From contig JAXGMI010000002.1 of the NCBI GenBank assembly GCA_040768745.1, positions 128,001 to 192,000 of the forward strand: DNA of 64,000 bases. The letters are read 5' to 3'. The notes under the pieces are model-generated. The model made no database searches. It saw only the letters and a program-made list of their open reading frames with translations, and had not been told where the DNA came from. The DNA comes from Desulfomicrobium sp. (GTDB taxonomy: Bacteria; Desulfobacterota; Desulfovibrionia; Desulfovibrionales; Desulfomicrobiaceae). Each line of letters opens with the position of its first letter. Position 1 is the stretch's first letter. Shown piece after piece: positions 31,498 through 42,204 of this stretch. The translations under genes were made by a program, and so were the position numbers.

Positions 31498-31973
31498 GAG
31501 GCGGCAAAAGCTGCGCCGACGCATTGAAGCAGGAGGAGGGCTTCAGGGCCATGGGCCGAAAGGTCCACGGTACGTGTTTCCCCTGACACGGACCAGGCCA
31601 TGTCGATGCGGGAGTCAGGCAGGATGTCTGCCGGCAGATGTTCGGCCCATTCCACAATGCAAAAATGGTCGGGTGCACAGAGGATCTCCTCCAGGTCGGA
31701 TCCAAATCCTTGTCCTTCTGTGCGGTACAGGTCGAAATGTCCCACAAGCGGGGTAGTGGGATAGAGGTTGAGGATATTGAAGCTCGGGCTGCTGACTTCC
31801 GACCCTGCGCTGCCGGGCAGCTCCTGCACCAGGGAACGCACAAAGGTCGTCTTGCCGGCCCCCAGCTGGCCACGCATGAGTACAGGGGGGAAGGAGGAAC
31901 CTTTCGTGATACACGCGGCAAATGCCTTGGCCAGGTTCGCCGTCGCCCCCAAGGAGTTCAGGATCAGGATCAT
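31494..31973 (-). CDS. tsaE: tRNA t6A biosynthesis ATPase TsaE
   Basis: GQLGAGKTT, VSSPSF, HFDLYR, VEWAE. Confidence 0.92.
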   Translation of the reverse strand: MILILNSLGATANLAKAFAACITKGSSFPPVLMRGQLGAGKTTFVRSLVQELPGSAGSEVSSPSFNILNLYPTTPLVGHFDLYRTEGQGFGSDLEEILCAPDHFCIVEWAEHLPADILPDSRIDMAWSVSGETRTVDLSAHGPEALLLLQCVGAAFAAS

Positions 31974-32425
31974 GGGTTGGGGATCAACGTCTTGATGATG
32001 TCCTTTTTTCCGACGACACCCACAAGCCGGCCTTTCTCCACCACGGGCAGGGTGTGGAATTTCTTGTCCACCATGAGGGCAGCGATCTCATCCAGACCCA
32101 TGTCGCCGGGGATGGTCACGACCTTGCTGGTCATGGCATCGGAAACCTTGGATGCGGCGATGCGCTTGACCTCGGTTTCCAGCAGGGCCGTGGAGGACAA
32201 GGGCACGAATCCATCCAGCAGGGTGAACAGGGATGGGATGGGAAGGCTTTTCTGCATGCGGACGAGGTCGCTTTGGCAGATGATGCCGACCAGGTTGCCG
32301 CTTGCATCGATCACGGGCAGCCCGTTGATCTGCTTGTCCAGAAGCACTTTTGCGGCTTCCGTGATGTCTGCGTCAGGGGAGATGGTGAGAACCGATCTTG
32401 TCATGATATCCTGAGCTGTGCGCAT
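31970..32425 (-). CDS. CBS-domain protein
   Basis: Tandem CBS repeats (GLPVID...GII; LPVVE...GVV). Confidence 0.88.
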   Translation of the reverse strand: MRTAQDIMTRSVLTISPDADITEAAKVLLDKQINGLPVIDASGNLVGIICQSDLVRMQKSLPIPSLFTLLDGFVPLSSTALLETEVKRIAASKVSDAMTSKVVTIPGDMGLDEIAALMVDKKFHTLPVVEKGRLVGVVGKKDIIKTLIPNP

Positions 32426-33956
32426 TTTTCCACTCCTTCAGGGATGTTGGCAGATGGTCGGCGATTTCGAGAGGGGTATTGCCCCGGTACGGGAATATCC
32501 GTCCAAGGAGGGTCCCTGTATAGCCATGCCAGTACACGCCGATTTGGGCGGCGGTCAATGGCGGGTGACCCTGGGCCATGAGGCTGCCTATGACTCCGGC
32601 CAGCACGTCACCGGAACCGGCAACTGCCAGATTCGGGGCGCAAAACGGAGAAATGGCGATGGGATCCTCGTGTCCGGCCACGATGGTGGCCGCACCCTTG
32701 AGAACCAGGATGAGATTGTGTTTAAAGGAGAACATGCGGGCGTACCTGGCCCGTGCCAGATTGATCTCGTTCGGGGAGACGCCAAAGAAATTCGCCATCT
32801 CCCCGGGATGAGGCGTGAGCACAGCATGGTCGTTCAGTCGTTCCAGCAGGTCAGGATTCTGGGCCAAAAGAAACAAGGAATCAGCATCATAGAGTGTCTG
32901 TTCATGGGGAGCGGACAGGTAGCGTTCAAGGAATTCCCGGGCACCTGGCGTACGACCCAGGCCAGGACCGAAAACCACGGCCGAGAAACGCGAAAGGTGT
33001 TTGGCCAGATCCTCAAAACAGGCAGCGTTCCATTGGTCCGAATCTCCCAGGCCCAGGGTCATGACCTCCGGAAAATTGGCATATGCGGAGGTCAGCCCCA
33101 CGGGGCATGCGATGGTCGCCAGTCCACAGCCGGAGCGGTACCCGGCCCTGGCTGCGAGCAGGGGGGCACCTGTCATCCCGGGAGACCCGCCCAGAATGAG
33201 CAAGTGCCCGCTGCTGCCCTTGTGCATGGTCAAATAGGGGGCAGGGAGCAGGTGTTCAAGATTTGCTCCCAGGGCAACATGGGTGGCTGGATTGGCCTCC
33301 TTGATGTGCCTGGGGATGCCGATCTTCACGGTGGCCAATTTCCCGATGTACGGTTTGGCAGGAGGCAAGAACAGGCCAAGCTTGGCCTCCTCGAAGCTGA
33401 CGGTCAGATCAGCCTGGACAGCCAGGGGCATGGGTTCTCCCGTGGTGCCGTTCAAACCTGAGGGGATATCCAAGGAGAGCACGTAGGATTCTCCGCCCAT
33501 CTTGTTGATGGCCTTGATCCAGGACTGAAATCTGGGTCTGAGTTCACCTTGAAATCCGGTGCCCAGCAGGCCGTCTACAATCACGTCGATCCTGGGCAAT
33601 CCCTCCAGCTCGTATTCAGGCAGATAGGAGCAGGGGATGCCCATTTTCATGGCCAGACTCAGGTGATAGGCCGAGTCGTCGGTGTAATCGTGCTGCAGCT
33701 TGGCATGGAGAATGAGAACCTTCGCTCCGAGATTGACCAAATGTCTAGCCAGAGCGAAAGCATCGCCCCCATTGTTGCCAGGACCTGCAAAGACAATGGC
33801 GGACTTGTCGCGTACCGGCCCCAATTCCTTTTTCAGGATGAACAGCGCGCCTCGGCTGGCGTTTTCCATCAGGATCTTTCCGGAAAGGCCGAATTCTTCC
33901 ATGGTCAGCCTGTCCCATGTGGCCATTTCCGCGGGTGTTGGCAAAAGCGTAACCAT
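32373..33956 (-). CDS. nnr: Bifunctional NAD(P)H-hydrate epimerase/dehydratase
   Basis: LMENA, GPGNNGGD, DIPSG, HKG, GPGLG, TPHPGE, AGSGDVLAG. Confidence 0.93.
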   Translation of the reverse strand: MVTLLPTPAEMATWDRLTMEEFGLSGKILMENASRGALFILKKELGPVRDKSAIVFAGPGNNGGDAFALARHLVNLGAKVLILHAKLQHDYTDDSAYHLSLAMKMGIPCSYLPEYELEGLPRIDVIVDGLLGTGFQGELRPRFQSWIKAINKMGGESYVLSLDIPSGLNGTTGEPMPLAVQADLTVSFEEAKLGLFLPPAKPYIGKLATVKIGIPRHIKEANPATHVALGANLEHLLPAPYLTMHKGSSGHLLILGGSPGMTGAPLLAARAGYRSGCGLATIACPVGLTSAYANFPEVMTLGLGDSDQWNAACFEDLAKHLSRFSAVVFGPGLGRTPGAREFLERYLSAPHEQTLYDADSLFLLAQNPDLLERLNDHAVLTPHPGEMANFFGVSPNEINLARARYARMFSFKHNLILVLKGAATIVAGHEDPIAISPFCAPNLAVAGSGDVLAGVIGSLMAQGHPPLTAAQIGVYWHGYTGTLLGRIFPYRGNTPLEIADHLPTSLKEWKNAHSSGYHDKIGSHHLP

Positions 33957-34544
33957 AGACTCTCCTTAATTTTCGAGGACAGTAACCGCCACGGCGTTTT
34001 ACCGGCCGTGCGAAAGGGAGCATGAACGCTGGTCACTTAAAGACGCATGGTTTCCCGATCTGGTCGGAAAGGATTTCAAAATCCTGAAAAATGCTGTCGA
34101 GGTGGAACTCGGTGTCCAGCGCTGTGGCAGCAGCCTCTTCGGCCGCGAACCGAGAATCTGGAATCGGGATGGGATTTGCGTCCACCTCCGAACAGTTGCA
34201 TCGGGTCAGGACACATTGCCAAGGCGCTCCCCAGATTGTTTGAAGCCCGTTGTAGTGCTGGACAGTTCAACGATGTCGACCCTCGTACCAAAAATCATGA
34301 TGACGCGTCCTTTTGGGTCTGAGCGTAATTGTTTTTCAATTTCATTCAAAAATGGAAAGAATGTCAATGCACTGCCGTTCAAGTAAAAATGGGCGCCACG
34401 ATCATGTGGCATTGAGGTGGAGAAAGGATTGTCTTGCGCCGCCAAAGGGGAAAATTATTCTTGACTTTCCAGAGGTTCGTCTCGAAGAAAAGCGCTTGCT
34501 GAAGGTGCCGCCGCGCCTGGCAGCAATTCATGCCAGGAGGGGGA

Positions 34545-35690
34545 ATGAACGACGCCAACGTGTCAAGCCCGACCATCCCTGTGGTCAGTCTGCATGAGGT
34601 GAGCAAGGTCTATGACGGTCAGCATGCCCTGAATGGTGTATCCCTCGATGTCCAGCGCGGCGAATTTCTAACCATCCTAGGCCCTTCAGGTTGCGGCAAG
34701 ACCACCATTCTTCGTCTCATCGCAGGTTTCGAGAAAGTCACGTCCGGCAGGGTGTACATCGACGGACAGGACGTATCCGGCCTCCCTCCCGAGCGACGTA
34801 ACGTCAACACAGTATTCCAGAGTTATGCCCTGTTCCCGCACATGAACGTGTTCGAGAACGTGGCTTTCGGTCTGCGTATGAAGAAGCGAACCGAAGCCGA
34901 AATTGTCAGTTCCGTTGGAAAGGCGTTGCGCCTTGTTCAGCTGGACGGCTTCGAGAAACGCATGGTCGGCAATCTTTCGGGCGGCCAACAGCAGCGTGTG
35001 GCCATCGCCCGGGCTATCGTCAACCGGCCCCTTGTCCTTCTGCTGGACGAACCCCTCTCGGCCCTGGACTACCGCCTTCGCAAGCGGATGCAACTTGACC
35101 TGAAACATCTGCAGCGCAAGCTCGGCATCACCTTCGTCCTGGTCACCCACGATCAGGAAGAGGCCTTTTCCATGTCCGACCGGGTCGTGGTCATGAACGA
35201 CGGCCATATCGAGCAGATCGGTACGCCGGCGGGTATCTACGAGGAACCCCGCAATCTTTACGTGGCCCGATTCGTGGGCGAGATCAACATTCTCAACGCC
35301 GAGGTGGTGGAACAGTCCGAGGGAAGTGCGCGGGTCCGGGCCCAGGGGCTTGATGTGACCATGCGCACCAGATGCGCCTTCGCGCCGGGCGACAAGGTGC
35401 ACGTTCTGCTGCGCCCCGAGGATTTGCGGGTCGAGACCTTGAAGGATCTGGCCGAGGACCCGGAACTGGGAGACAGTTTCGCTGGCGGGCGATCCATGGT
35501 CGGCACGGTTGAGGAAACCATCTACAAGGGCGCTACCTACGATGTGGCCGTGCGCCTGGACAACGGCTCACAGGTCATGGCCACGGAGTTTTTCAACGAA
35601 GACGACGAGACCGTGTATTTCCGGGCCGGGGACCGTGTCGCAGTGAGCTGGGTCGAAGGCTGGGAAGTGGTGCTGCCGCATGAGGAGTGA
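34545..35690 (+). CDS. potA: Spermidine/putrescine ABC transporter ATPase
   Basis: [28 protein letters not shown]-terminus. Confidence 0.92.
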   Translation: MNDANVSSPTIPVVSLHEVSKVYDGQHALNGVSLDVQRGEFLTILGPSGCGKTTILRLIAGFEKVTSGRVYIDGQDVSGLPPERRNVNTVFQSYALFPHMNVFENVAFGLRMKKRTEAEIVSSVGKALRLVQLDGFEKRMVGNLSGGQQQRVAIARAIVNRPLVLLLDEPLSALDYRLRKRMQLDLKHLQRKLGITFVLVTHDQEEAFSMSDRVVVMNDGHIEQIGTPAGIYEEPRNLYVARFVGEINILNAEVVEQSEGSARVRAQGLDVTMRTRCAFAPGDKVHVLLRPEDLRVETLKDLAEDPELGDSFAGGRSMVGTVEETIYKGATYDVAVRLDNGSQVMATEFFNEDDETVYFRAGDRVAVSWVEGWEVVLPHEE

Positions 35691-36534
35691 CGGATTCTTC
35701 AAGACGGCGGTCATTGTCGGGACCATCGCCTGGATGGCCCTTTTTGCGTTCGTGCCCAACGTACTGGTCTTTTTGGCCAGTTTCGGCTCAGCATCGCCGG
35801 AGAATTTCATCGAACCGGGGTTCTCGCTGCACAACTATGCCCGGCTCATGGACCGCTCCCATCTGGAGATCATGCTCTCCTCCCTGGAACTGTCCGGCCT
35901 GGTCACCCTCGTCTGCCTGCTGACGGCCTATCCTTTTGCCGCTATCCTGGCCCGCGCCCGCCAGCCCTGGCGCAGCTACATGCTCGTCCTGGTGGTCATT
36001 CCCTTTTGGACCAATTCCCTGGTGCGGACCTACGCCATGACGGCCATGCTCAACACCAGCGGCATCATCAATTCCGTGCTGCTTGGCCTGGGCATCGTCA
36101 AGGAACCCCTGGCCATGATGTACACTCCCGGGGCAGTGGTCCTGGGCTTGGCCTACACCTTGCTTCCTTTCATGATTCTGCCCCTGTACACGGCCCTTGA
36201 ACGGCTCGACCGCAGATACGTGGAGGCGTCCCGGGATCTTGGGGCGACGCCGATCAAGACCTTCTGGCGGGTGGTCGTGCCCTTGACCATGCCGGGCATT
36301 GTCTCGGGGTGCATGCTCGTCTTTCTGCCCGGCATCGGCATGTTCTACGTATCCGACGTGCTGGGCGGGGCCAAGGCGATGCTGCTCGGCAATTTTATCC
36401 GCGACCAGTTTTTGACCACCCGTGACTGGCCTCTGGGTGCGGCCGCCAGCGTGACCCTGACCGCGCTCATGGGCGTCATGCTCGTCCTGTACTGGAAGAG
36501 CTCCTCCCGCCTGAACGCCGGGAGTCAGGCATGA
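35680..36534 (+). CDS. potB: Spermidine/putrescine ABC permease
   Basis: [28 protein letters not shown]. Confidence 0.92.
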   Translation: MRSDGFFKTAVIVGTIAWMALFAFVPNVLVFLASFGSASPENFIEPGFSLHNYARLMDRSHLEIMLSSLELSGLVTLVCLLTAYPFAAILARARQPWRSYMLVLVVIPFWTNSLVRTYAMTAMLNTSGIINSVLLGLGIVKEPLAMMYTPGAVVLGLAYTLLPFMILPLYTALERLDRRYVEASRDLGATPIKTFWRVVVPLTMPGIVSGCMLVFLPGIGMFYVSDVLGGAKAMLLGNFIRDQFLTTRDWPLGAAASVTLTALMGVMLVLYWKSSSRLNAGSQA

Positions 36535-37298
36535 TGCGCTGGGTCCGCCGGCTCTATGTCGGGCTCATCTATCTTTTCCTCTACCTGCCGCTGGCGGTGA
36601 TGGTCGTTTATTCCTTCAACGCCTCCCGCTTTTCCATGGCCTGGAAAGGGGCGACGCTGGACTGGTACGTCAAGCTGCTCGGCAATACCGGCCTGATGCA
36701 GGCGGCCGCGCATTCGCTGCTCATCGCGATGGTGTCCGCGACCATTTCGAGTCTGCTGGGCACCTTCATCGCCATGGCCCTGCACCGCTGGCGTTTTCCG
36801 TCGCGCAAGGTCATCCACACGTCGCTTTTCGTGATGATGATGTCGCCAGACATCGTCATCGGCATTTCACTGCTGGTGCTGTTCATGGCCATGTCCCTGC
36901 CGCTGGGGTTCTGGACCCTGCTCATGGCCCATGTCACACTGTGCGTGCCTTTCGTGGCCATAACCGTCCACAGTCGTCTGCTGGGTTTCGACCGCCATGT
37001 AGTCGAGGCCGCACGGGATCTGGGCGCTGGCGAATACGAAGTTTTCCGCCATGTAGTCCTGCCCATGGTTTTTCCGGCGGTTTTGGCGGGATGGTTCATG
37101 AGTTTCACCCTGTCCATCGACGATGTCATCATCAGCTTTTTCACCACCGGCCCGACCTTCGAGGTCCTGCCGCTGCGCATCTATTCCATGGTCCGGCTCG
37201 GGCTCAAGCCCGAGGTCAACGCCCTTTGCGCCATCATGATCCTTGTAACCGCCGCGGCAGTCTTCCTGTCACAGCGCCTCTTGAAGGAGAAGCCATGA
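36531..37298 (+). CDS. potC: Spermidine/putrescine ABC permease
   Basis: YSFNAS, EAARDLGA, FTLSIDD, PEVNAL. Confidence 0.92.
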   Translation: MMRWVRRLYVGLIYLFLYLPLAVMVVYSFNASRFSMAWKGATLDWYVKLLGNTGLMQAAAHSLLIAMVSATISSLLGTFIAMALHRWRFPSRKVIHTSLFVMMMSPDIVIGISLLVLFMAMSLPLGFWTLLMAHVTLCVPFVAITVHSRLLGFDRHVVEAARDLGAGEYEVFRHVVLPMVFPAVLAGWFMSFTLSIDDVIISFFTTGPTFEVLPLRIYSMVRLGLKPEVNALCAIMILVTAAAVFLSQRLLKEKP

Positions 37299-38326
37299 AA
37301 CGTCTCTTCTTTTTCGTTGTAAGTGTATTCCTGGCCAGCCAGGCCTGGGCCGCCCCCAAGGAACTCTATGTGTACAACTGGTCGGAGTACATGCCGGAAA
37401 GCGTGCTGGAGGACTTCACCAAGGAGACCGGCGTCAAGGTCATCATGTCCACTTACGACAGCAACGAGGCCATGTACGCCAAAATCAAGATGGTCAATGC
37501 CAGGGGCTACGATATCATCGTGCCTTCCACGGATTTCGTATCGCGCATGAGCCGGGAGGGCCTGCTGCGTCCCCTGGACAAGACACGCTTGAAGAATTTC
37601 GCCAATCTGGATCCGTACCTGCTCAATCAGGCCTTTGATCCGGGCAATACGTTCAGCGTGCCCTACCTGTGGGGCTCCACGGTCATCGCCGTCAACGCCA
37701 AGGATCCGGCCGCGGCGGCCGTCACGTCCTTCGCAGACCTGTGGAAACCGGAGCTGAAGGGCAAATTGCTTCTTCCCAACGACATGCGCGGGGTACTGGG
37801 CATGGGCCTGAAACGTCTGGGATATTCGCTGAATGAAGCCGACCCGGCCAAGGTGGCCGAGGCCTGCGCGCTGCTCAAGCCCCTCATGCAGAACGTGCGG
37901 GTTTTCGATTCCGACTCGCCCAAGCAGGCTCTGCTCAACAACGAGGTTCAGGCTGCGGTGCTCTGGAATGGCGAAGCCTACATCGCCTCTGGGGAGAATC
38001 CGGACATCAAGTTTGTTTATCCGACCGAGGGTTTCAGTCTGTGGGTGGACAACCTGTGCATCCCCAAGAACGCTGTCAATGTCGACAGCGCCCATCTCTT
38101 CATCGACTACCTGCTGCGGCCGGAGGTCGCGGCACTCATCTGCCAGGAAATGGGGTACTCCTCGCCCAATCTGAAGGGCAAGGAGTCCCTGCCCGAGGAG
38201 GTCCGGACCAACGCCGTCGTTTATCCCGGCGATGCGGAGATGGAACGGGGCGAGTTCGAAACCGATCTCGGTCCGGCCGTGAAGACCTATGAAAAATGTT
38301 GGATGCAGCTCAAAATGGCACGCTGA
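37295..38326 (+). CDS. potD: Spermidine/putrescine-binding periplasmic protein
   Basis: Signal peptide, YNWSEY, YDSNEAMYAK, PYLWG, WNGEA. Confidence 0.92.
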   Translation: MKRLFFFVVSVFLASQAWAAPKELYVYNWSEYMPESVLEDFTKETGVKVIMSTYDSNEAMYAKIKMVNARGYDIIVPSTDFVSRMSREGLLRPLDKTRLKNFANLDPYLLNQAFDPGNTFSVPYLWGSTVIAVNAKDPAAAAVTSFADLWKPELKGKLLLPNDMRGVLGMGLKRLGYSLNEADPAKVAEACALLKPLMQNVRVFDSDSPKQALLNNEVQAAVLWNGEAYIASGENPDIKFVYPTEGFSLWVDNLCIPKNAVNVDSAHLFIDYLLRPEVAALICQEMGYSSPNLKGKESLPEEVRTNAVVYPGDAEMERGEFETDLGPAVKTYEKCWMQLKMAR

Positions 38327-38347
38327 GTCAGGTCAAAAAAGAATGTC

Positions 38348-38380
38348 AACGGCGCGCTTCGGCCGTTGCGCGCCGTTTTG
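38348..38380 (+). terminator. Rho-independent terminator after potD
   Basis: AACGGCGCGC-loop-GCGCGCCGTT followed by T residues. Confidence 0.65.
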
Positions 38381-38422
38381 TGTGGTCTTGTTTTTCGCTC
38401 CCGCCGGGAGCGCGGATCAGTT

Positions 38423-38617
38423 TCAGGAAAATCCGCCGCGCGGGGTGCAGGATGCCGCCGCTGTGACATTGCCCCGCACGGTGCAGGCCGAGATTTGTTT
38501 GGCCACGGCCTCGTTGGTGCCGCAGTGAGGACATTCGGGCAGGGTATCGTTGCTGGCGGGGAGGATCTCCTCGAAACAGAATCCACAGGTCTGGCATTGG
38601 AATTCGTAGATGGGCAT
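38423..38617 (-). CDS. FmdB-family zinc-ribbon protein
   Basis: MPIYEFQCQTCG...CPHCG. Confidence 0.88.
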   Translation of the reverse strand: MPIYEFQCQTCGFCFEEILPASNDTLPECPHCGTNEAVAKQISACTVRGNVTAAASCTPRGGFS

Positions 38618-38686
38618 GCTAGTTTTCCTGCACAAGGGCCGTAGGCCGACTATTGAAAAAGCACTTCAACGTCTTTGGAGGCAAGC

Positions 38687-38878
38687 ATGGAATCGCATGT
38701 GCGCAAGCGCCTGGATGATTTTTTTGATGTCGGGTTCGGAAAGTCCACGGGCATCGATACGGCCCTGGAGATCACCAAGATATATGCCGGCTCGGCCGGA
38801 GCGGACCCGGACAAGATTCCGGAACTTTTTCTGCACCTTGTGAAACTTTTTGAACCGCACCTGGACGAAAGGGAGTGA
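38687..38878 (+). CDS. Small hypothetical protein (63 aa)
   Basis: GGAGG RBS, host-like codon usage, divergent from the FmdB gene. Confidence 0.6.
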   Translation: MESHVRKRLDDFFDVGFGKSTGIDTALEITKIYAGSAGADPDKIPELFLHLVKLFEPHLDERE

Positions 38879-39159
38879 TCCGGCCTGGGCCGATTGACAG
38901 CCTCGGTGTATTTCTTCAAGACCCCAGCGGTGAACAGAATTTGATGCTGAGTGGGGTCTTTTCAGAGATTCTTTGCGCCAACAGGTGCTCCGGCCCTGTG
39001 TTGCATGGGGGATTGTGCCTTTTCCCGGAGAAATTTCAGGCTGTCGTGTTTGAGCGGAGCTGGCGCGATCAAAACCGAACGGGCCATGCTGACCAGAATG
39101 CCTGAGAATCGCTTTTTCTGACTCTCGCCCAACCGCTGAGATTAAGGAGCATTTGCCTA

Positions 39160-40485
39160 ATGAATATCTGCATTGTCGGCACGGGGTATGTTGGCCTTGT
39201 GTCTGCCGCGTGTTTCGCTGAAATGGGCAACACCGTGACATGTGTGGACATCAATCCGGAAGTGATCGCCAGGCTCAAAAAAGGCGAGGTCCATATTTAC
39301 GAGCCAGGACTGGAAGAGTTGGTCCGTCGCAACGCCAAAGAGGGACGGTTGGCGTTTACCACGGACCTGGCGGAGGGCATGCAGGACACCCTTTTTGTGT
39401 TCTGCTGTGTGGGAACTCCAGAAGGGGAGAATGGCACAGCTGACCTGCGTCACGTCAAGCAGGTGGCCAGCGAGGTGGGCAAAATCATTACCGGTTACAC
39501 GATTTTCGTGGACAAATCCACGGTGCCCGTCGGAACGGCCGACGCGGTGCGTGCCATTATCGAGGCCGAACTCAGCCAGCGCGGAGTGCAGGTGGAGTTT
39601 GACGTGGTCTCCAATCCGGAATTTCTGAAGGAAGGTGACGCGGTCAATGATTTCATGAAGCCTGACCGCGTGGTGGTGGGCACGGACAACGTGCGCACGG
39701 CCGAACTGCTGCGGACCCTATATTCCCCGTATGCCCGCAGTCGGGAAAAGCTGATCGTCATGGGCGTGCGCAGCGCTGAAATGACGAAATACGCGGCAAA
39801 TTGCATGCTGGCCACAAAAATTTCCTTCATCAACGAGATCGCCAATATTTGTGAACGGGTCGGGGCGGATGTGCGCGATGTGCGCCACGGTATCGGAGCT
39901 GACCACCGCATTGGCTATCAATTCATATACCCTGGTGTGGGTTATGGAGGATCGTGCTTCCCCAAGGATGTAAAGGCGTTGATCGGCACTGCCAAGGTCG
40001 CGGGCTATGATCCGCAGCTCCTGTCCGCCGTTGACGAGGTCAATGATCGGCAGAAGATGGTCATCGCCCACAAGATCGAGGCATATTTCAACCAGCAGGG
40101 AGGGGTGGGCGGCAAAACGTTGTCCCTGTGGGGGCTGGCATTCAAGGCCAACACGGATGACATGCGCGAGGCCCCTTCCCTGGCCATGATCCAGCGCTTG
40201 ACAGCCTTGGGCATGCGCATACGTGCGTTTGATCCAGCGGCCGGGGAAAATGCACGACGCATGCTGGCCAAAAATCATCTGGTGGAGATCTGCAACGATC
40301 AGTACGCCGCCTTAGACGGCGCTGAAGCCCTGGCCGTGGTCACCGAATGGAATCAGTTCCGAAATCCCGACTTCGGCAGGGTCAAAAAAGCCCTCAAGGC
40401 CCCTGTCCTGTTTGACGGGCGAAATCTGTATGCTCCCGCTCTCATGGCTGCCGAAGGGTTCGCCTATTTCTGCGTAGGCCGCTGA
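39160..40485 (+). CDS. ugd: UDP-glucose 6-dehydrogenase
   Basis: GTGYVG, SNPEFLKEG, GYGGSCFPKD, LAFKANTDDMR, DGRN. Confidence 0.95.
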   Translation: MNICIVGTGYVGLVSAACFAEMGNTVTCVDINPEVIARLKKGEVHIYEPGLEELVRRNAKEGRLAFTTDLAEGMQDTLFVFCCVGTPEGENGTADLRHVKQVASEVGKIITGYTIFVDKSTVPVGTADAVRAIIEAELSQRGVQVEFDVVSNPEFLKEGDAVNDFMKPDRVVVGTDNVRTAELLRTLYSPYARSREKLIVMGVRSAEMTKYAANCMLATKISFINEIANICERVGADVRDVRHGIGADHRIGYQFIYPGVGYGGSCFPKDVKALIGTAKVAGYDPQLLSAVDEVNDRQKMVIAHKIEAYFNQQGGVGGKTLSLWGLAFKANTDDMREAPSLAMIQRLTALGMRIRAFDPAAGENARRMLAKNHLVEICNDQYAALDGAEALAVVTEWNQFRNPDFGRVKKALKAPVLFDGRNLYAPALMAAEGFAYFCVGR

Positions 40486-40532
40486 CCAGGTCCGGCTGGG
40501 CCTTGGGTCCAGATCGTTGTTCAATCTGCATG

Positions 40533-40571
40533 ACCAGGGCGCGCTTTTCTGAAGGCGCGCCCTGGTTTTTT
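40533..40571 (+). terminator. Rho-independent terminator between convergent ugd and UGPase
   Basis: ACCAGGGCGCGC...GCGCGCCCTGGT followed by TTTTT. Confidence 0.75.
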
Positions 40572-40678
40572 GCATGGTTGAGCAAACAAGGGGGCATTGC
40601 AGGTGGCTGCGGGACAACCCTTGTCCACCGCAGGGTCTGCTGGATACTGATCGTCGGCGGACCTGTGCCCGGGGTGGT

Positions 40679-42127
40679 TCATTTGAACTTGACTTCCCCG
40701 TTCAATGTGGAACCGGCCTTGATTACGGCCTGGGTTCCTCCGGTGTTTGTTATCTTGACATCTCCGACACAACGCACGTTTTCCTGGAAAAGAACGTCCC
40801 CTTTGACGGACAAGCTGGTGCATTCCAGCAGAGATGGCGGATTCTTCGGGAAACGGGCCAGAAAAGAGTCAATCTTTTTGTAATAGTCCCCGTCAAGGTT
40901 AATTTGCGGCATGGGCATGGTTCGGGCAGGATTGGGGATAATCGTATCCCGATCAGACCTGATGAAGCAATCCGACATGACCTGCAGGAGGTCGTTCGTC
41001 GTCTTGACAGGGGCAAAGCGTTTTCTGGGCACAACAACTGCCTGTGCGTTGAAAAAATTGGTGATCGCCGATCCCATGGCTGTTTCCAGCTGAAAGACCT
41101 TGGGCGAAACCGGATCACGAGGATCCAGGTTCTTGGGATTGATGATCAGGTCCAGGGGCATCATCCGGTGTGCCACGAAGACTGCCTGCAGGACGCGCAG
41201 GTCCACCCATATGGAGTTGGTGTTGAAGAATTTGTATTTTTCTATGTCGCAAAATGACTTCATCTCCCTATCTGGGCACTGGGCCACCTCGCGCAGGGCA
41301 AATTGCTTGTTCTTTTTCAAACGGCAGAGGTGTCCGCCCTTTTTGTCCTGATCCGTGCGGCGGGCCACTTCCATGAGGAATGGCAGCTTGTGATGAACCA
41401 TGTACCCCAGCAGACGGCGGTTCATTATTGCCCCGAGGTTGTCCGAATTGGAAATGAAGGCATATTCATAGCCCTTGTCCAGAAGGGCATCGAGAATGCC
41501 TGACGTGACCATGGCTGTGTAAATGTCCCCATGTCCAGGGGGGTTCCATTCCAGCTCAGGATTTTGGGGCCAGGATGCCGGAGTGAAGTCTTTAGCGAGT
41601 ATCTTCGGATACTTATGCTGTAAAAACGCCAGGTCAATGCCTGTCAATCCATTATTGAAATCGCCAACCTTGAGCATGGTGTCCATGTGGGTCTTGAAAC
41701 TGTTCATGAACACCTGCGGGAATTCCACCCCGTAATGGGAACGCACGGTTTTGGCCTGAAGCAGGATGAGATCCAGAAAACTCAATCCGTCTTTGACCGG
41801 AATGAGCGATTTGGCCGTTTCCATACCCATGCTTGTCCCCAGACCACCGTTCAGCTTTATCACGGCTATTTTGTGCAGATTTTTTTCACCCAGTGCCTTG
41901 AACGATTCCATTTCCGTGTAGTCTGCCAGTTCCGTTTCAACTACAGGCTGGATCTCACGATCAGGGAGTTTGCCCTGGGCGCCGTAGAGAAATTGATTGA
42001 AGTAACACTTGAAGGTATTGATCACTATGGGCGGCAATCCCTGCTGTTCCATCTTCAAGGCAAAAGGGCGAAACAGGAGGGAGAGCTTTTGGTCGTCGAC
42101 AGTGAAGCAGCTTATTTTTGTGGCCAT
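40679..42127 (-). CDS. UTP-glucose-1-phosphate uridylyltransferase, eukaryote-type UDPGP family
   Basis: KLNGGLGTSMG, FMNSF, PPGHGD, SNSDNLGA, KKGG, FNTNSIW, RFAPVK, C-terminal beta-helix. Confidence 0.9.
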   Translation of the reverse strand: MATKISCFTVDDQKLSLLFRPFALKMEQQGLPPIVINTFKCYFNQFLYGAQGKLPDREIQPVVETELADYTEMESFKALGEKNLHKIAVIKLNGGLGTSMGMETAKSLIPVKDGLSFLDLILLQAKTVRSHYGVEFPQVFMNSFKTHMDTMLKVGDFNNGLTGIDLAFLQHKYPKILAKDFTPASWPQNPELEWNPPGHGDIYTAMVTSGILDALLDKGYEYAFISNSDNLGAIMNRRLLGYMVHHKLPFLMEVARRTDQDKKGGHLCRLKKNKQFALREVAQCPDREMKSFCDIEKYKFFNTNSIWVDLRVLQAVFVAHRMMPLDLIINPKNLDPRDPVSPKVFQLETAMGSAITNFFNAQAVVVPRKRFAPVKTTNDLLQVMSDCFIRSDRDTIIPNPARTMPMPQINLDGDYYKKIDSFLARFPKNPPSLLECTSLSVKGDVLFQENVRCVGDVKITNTGGTQAVIKAGSTLNGEVKFK

Positions 42128-42204
42128 GTGAAGTCCTTACTGTGACAGGTTGTGCTTCATCGCTGTTCCAGCGGTTACGTCAAGGGGATAACATTAAAAA
42201 TAAT

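Noticed and set aside
32373..32425. 53-bp overlap of nnr with the CBS gene
   Set aside because: Most likely a trivial stop-codon drift adding a short tail.
38894..38960. TTGACA and an AAGACCCC/GGGGTCTT hairpin upstream of ugd
   Set aside because: There is no matching -10 box at proper spacing and no recognisable RNA family.
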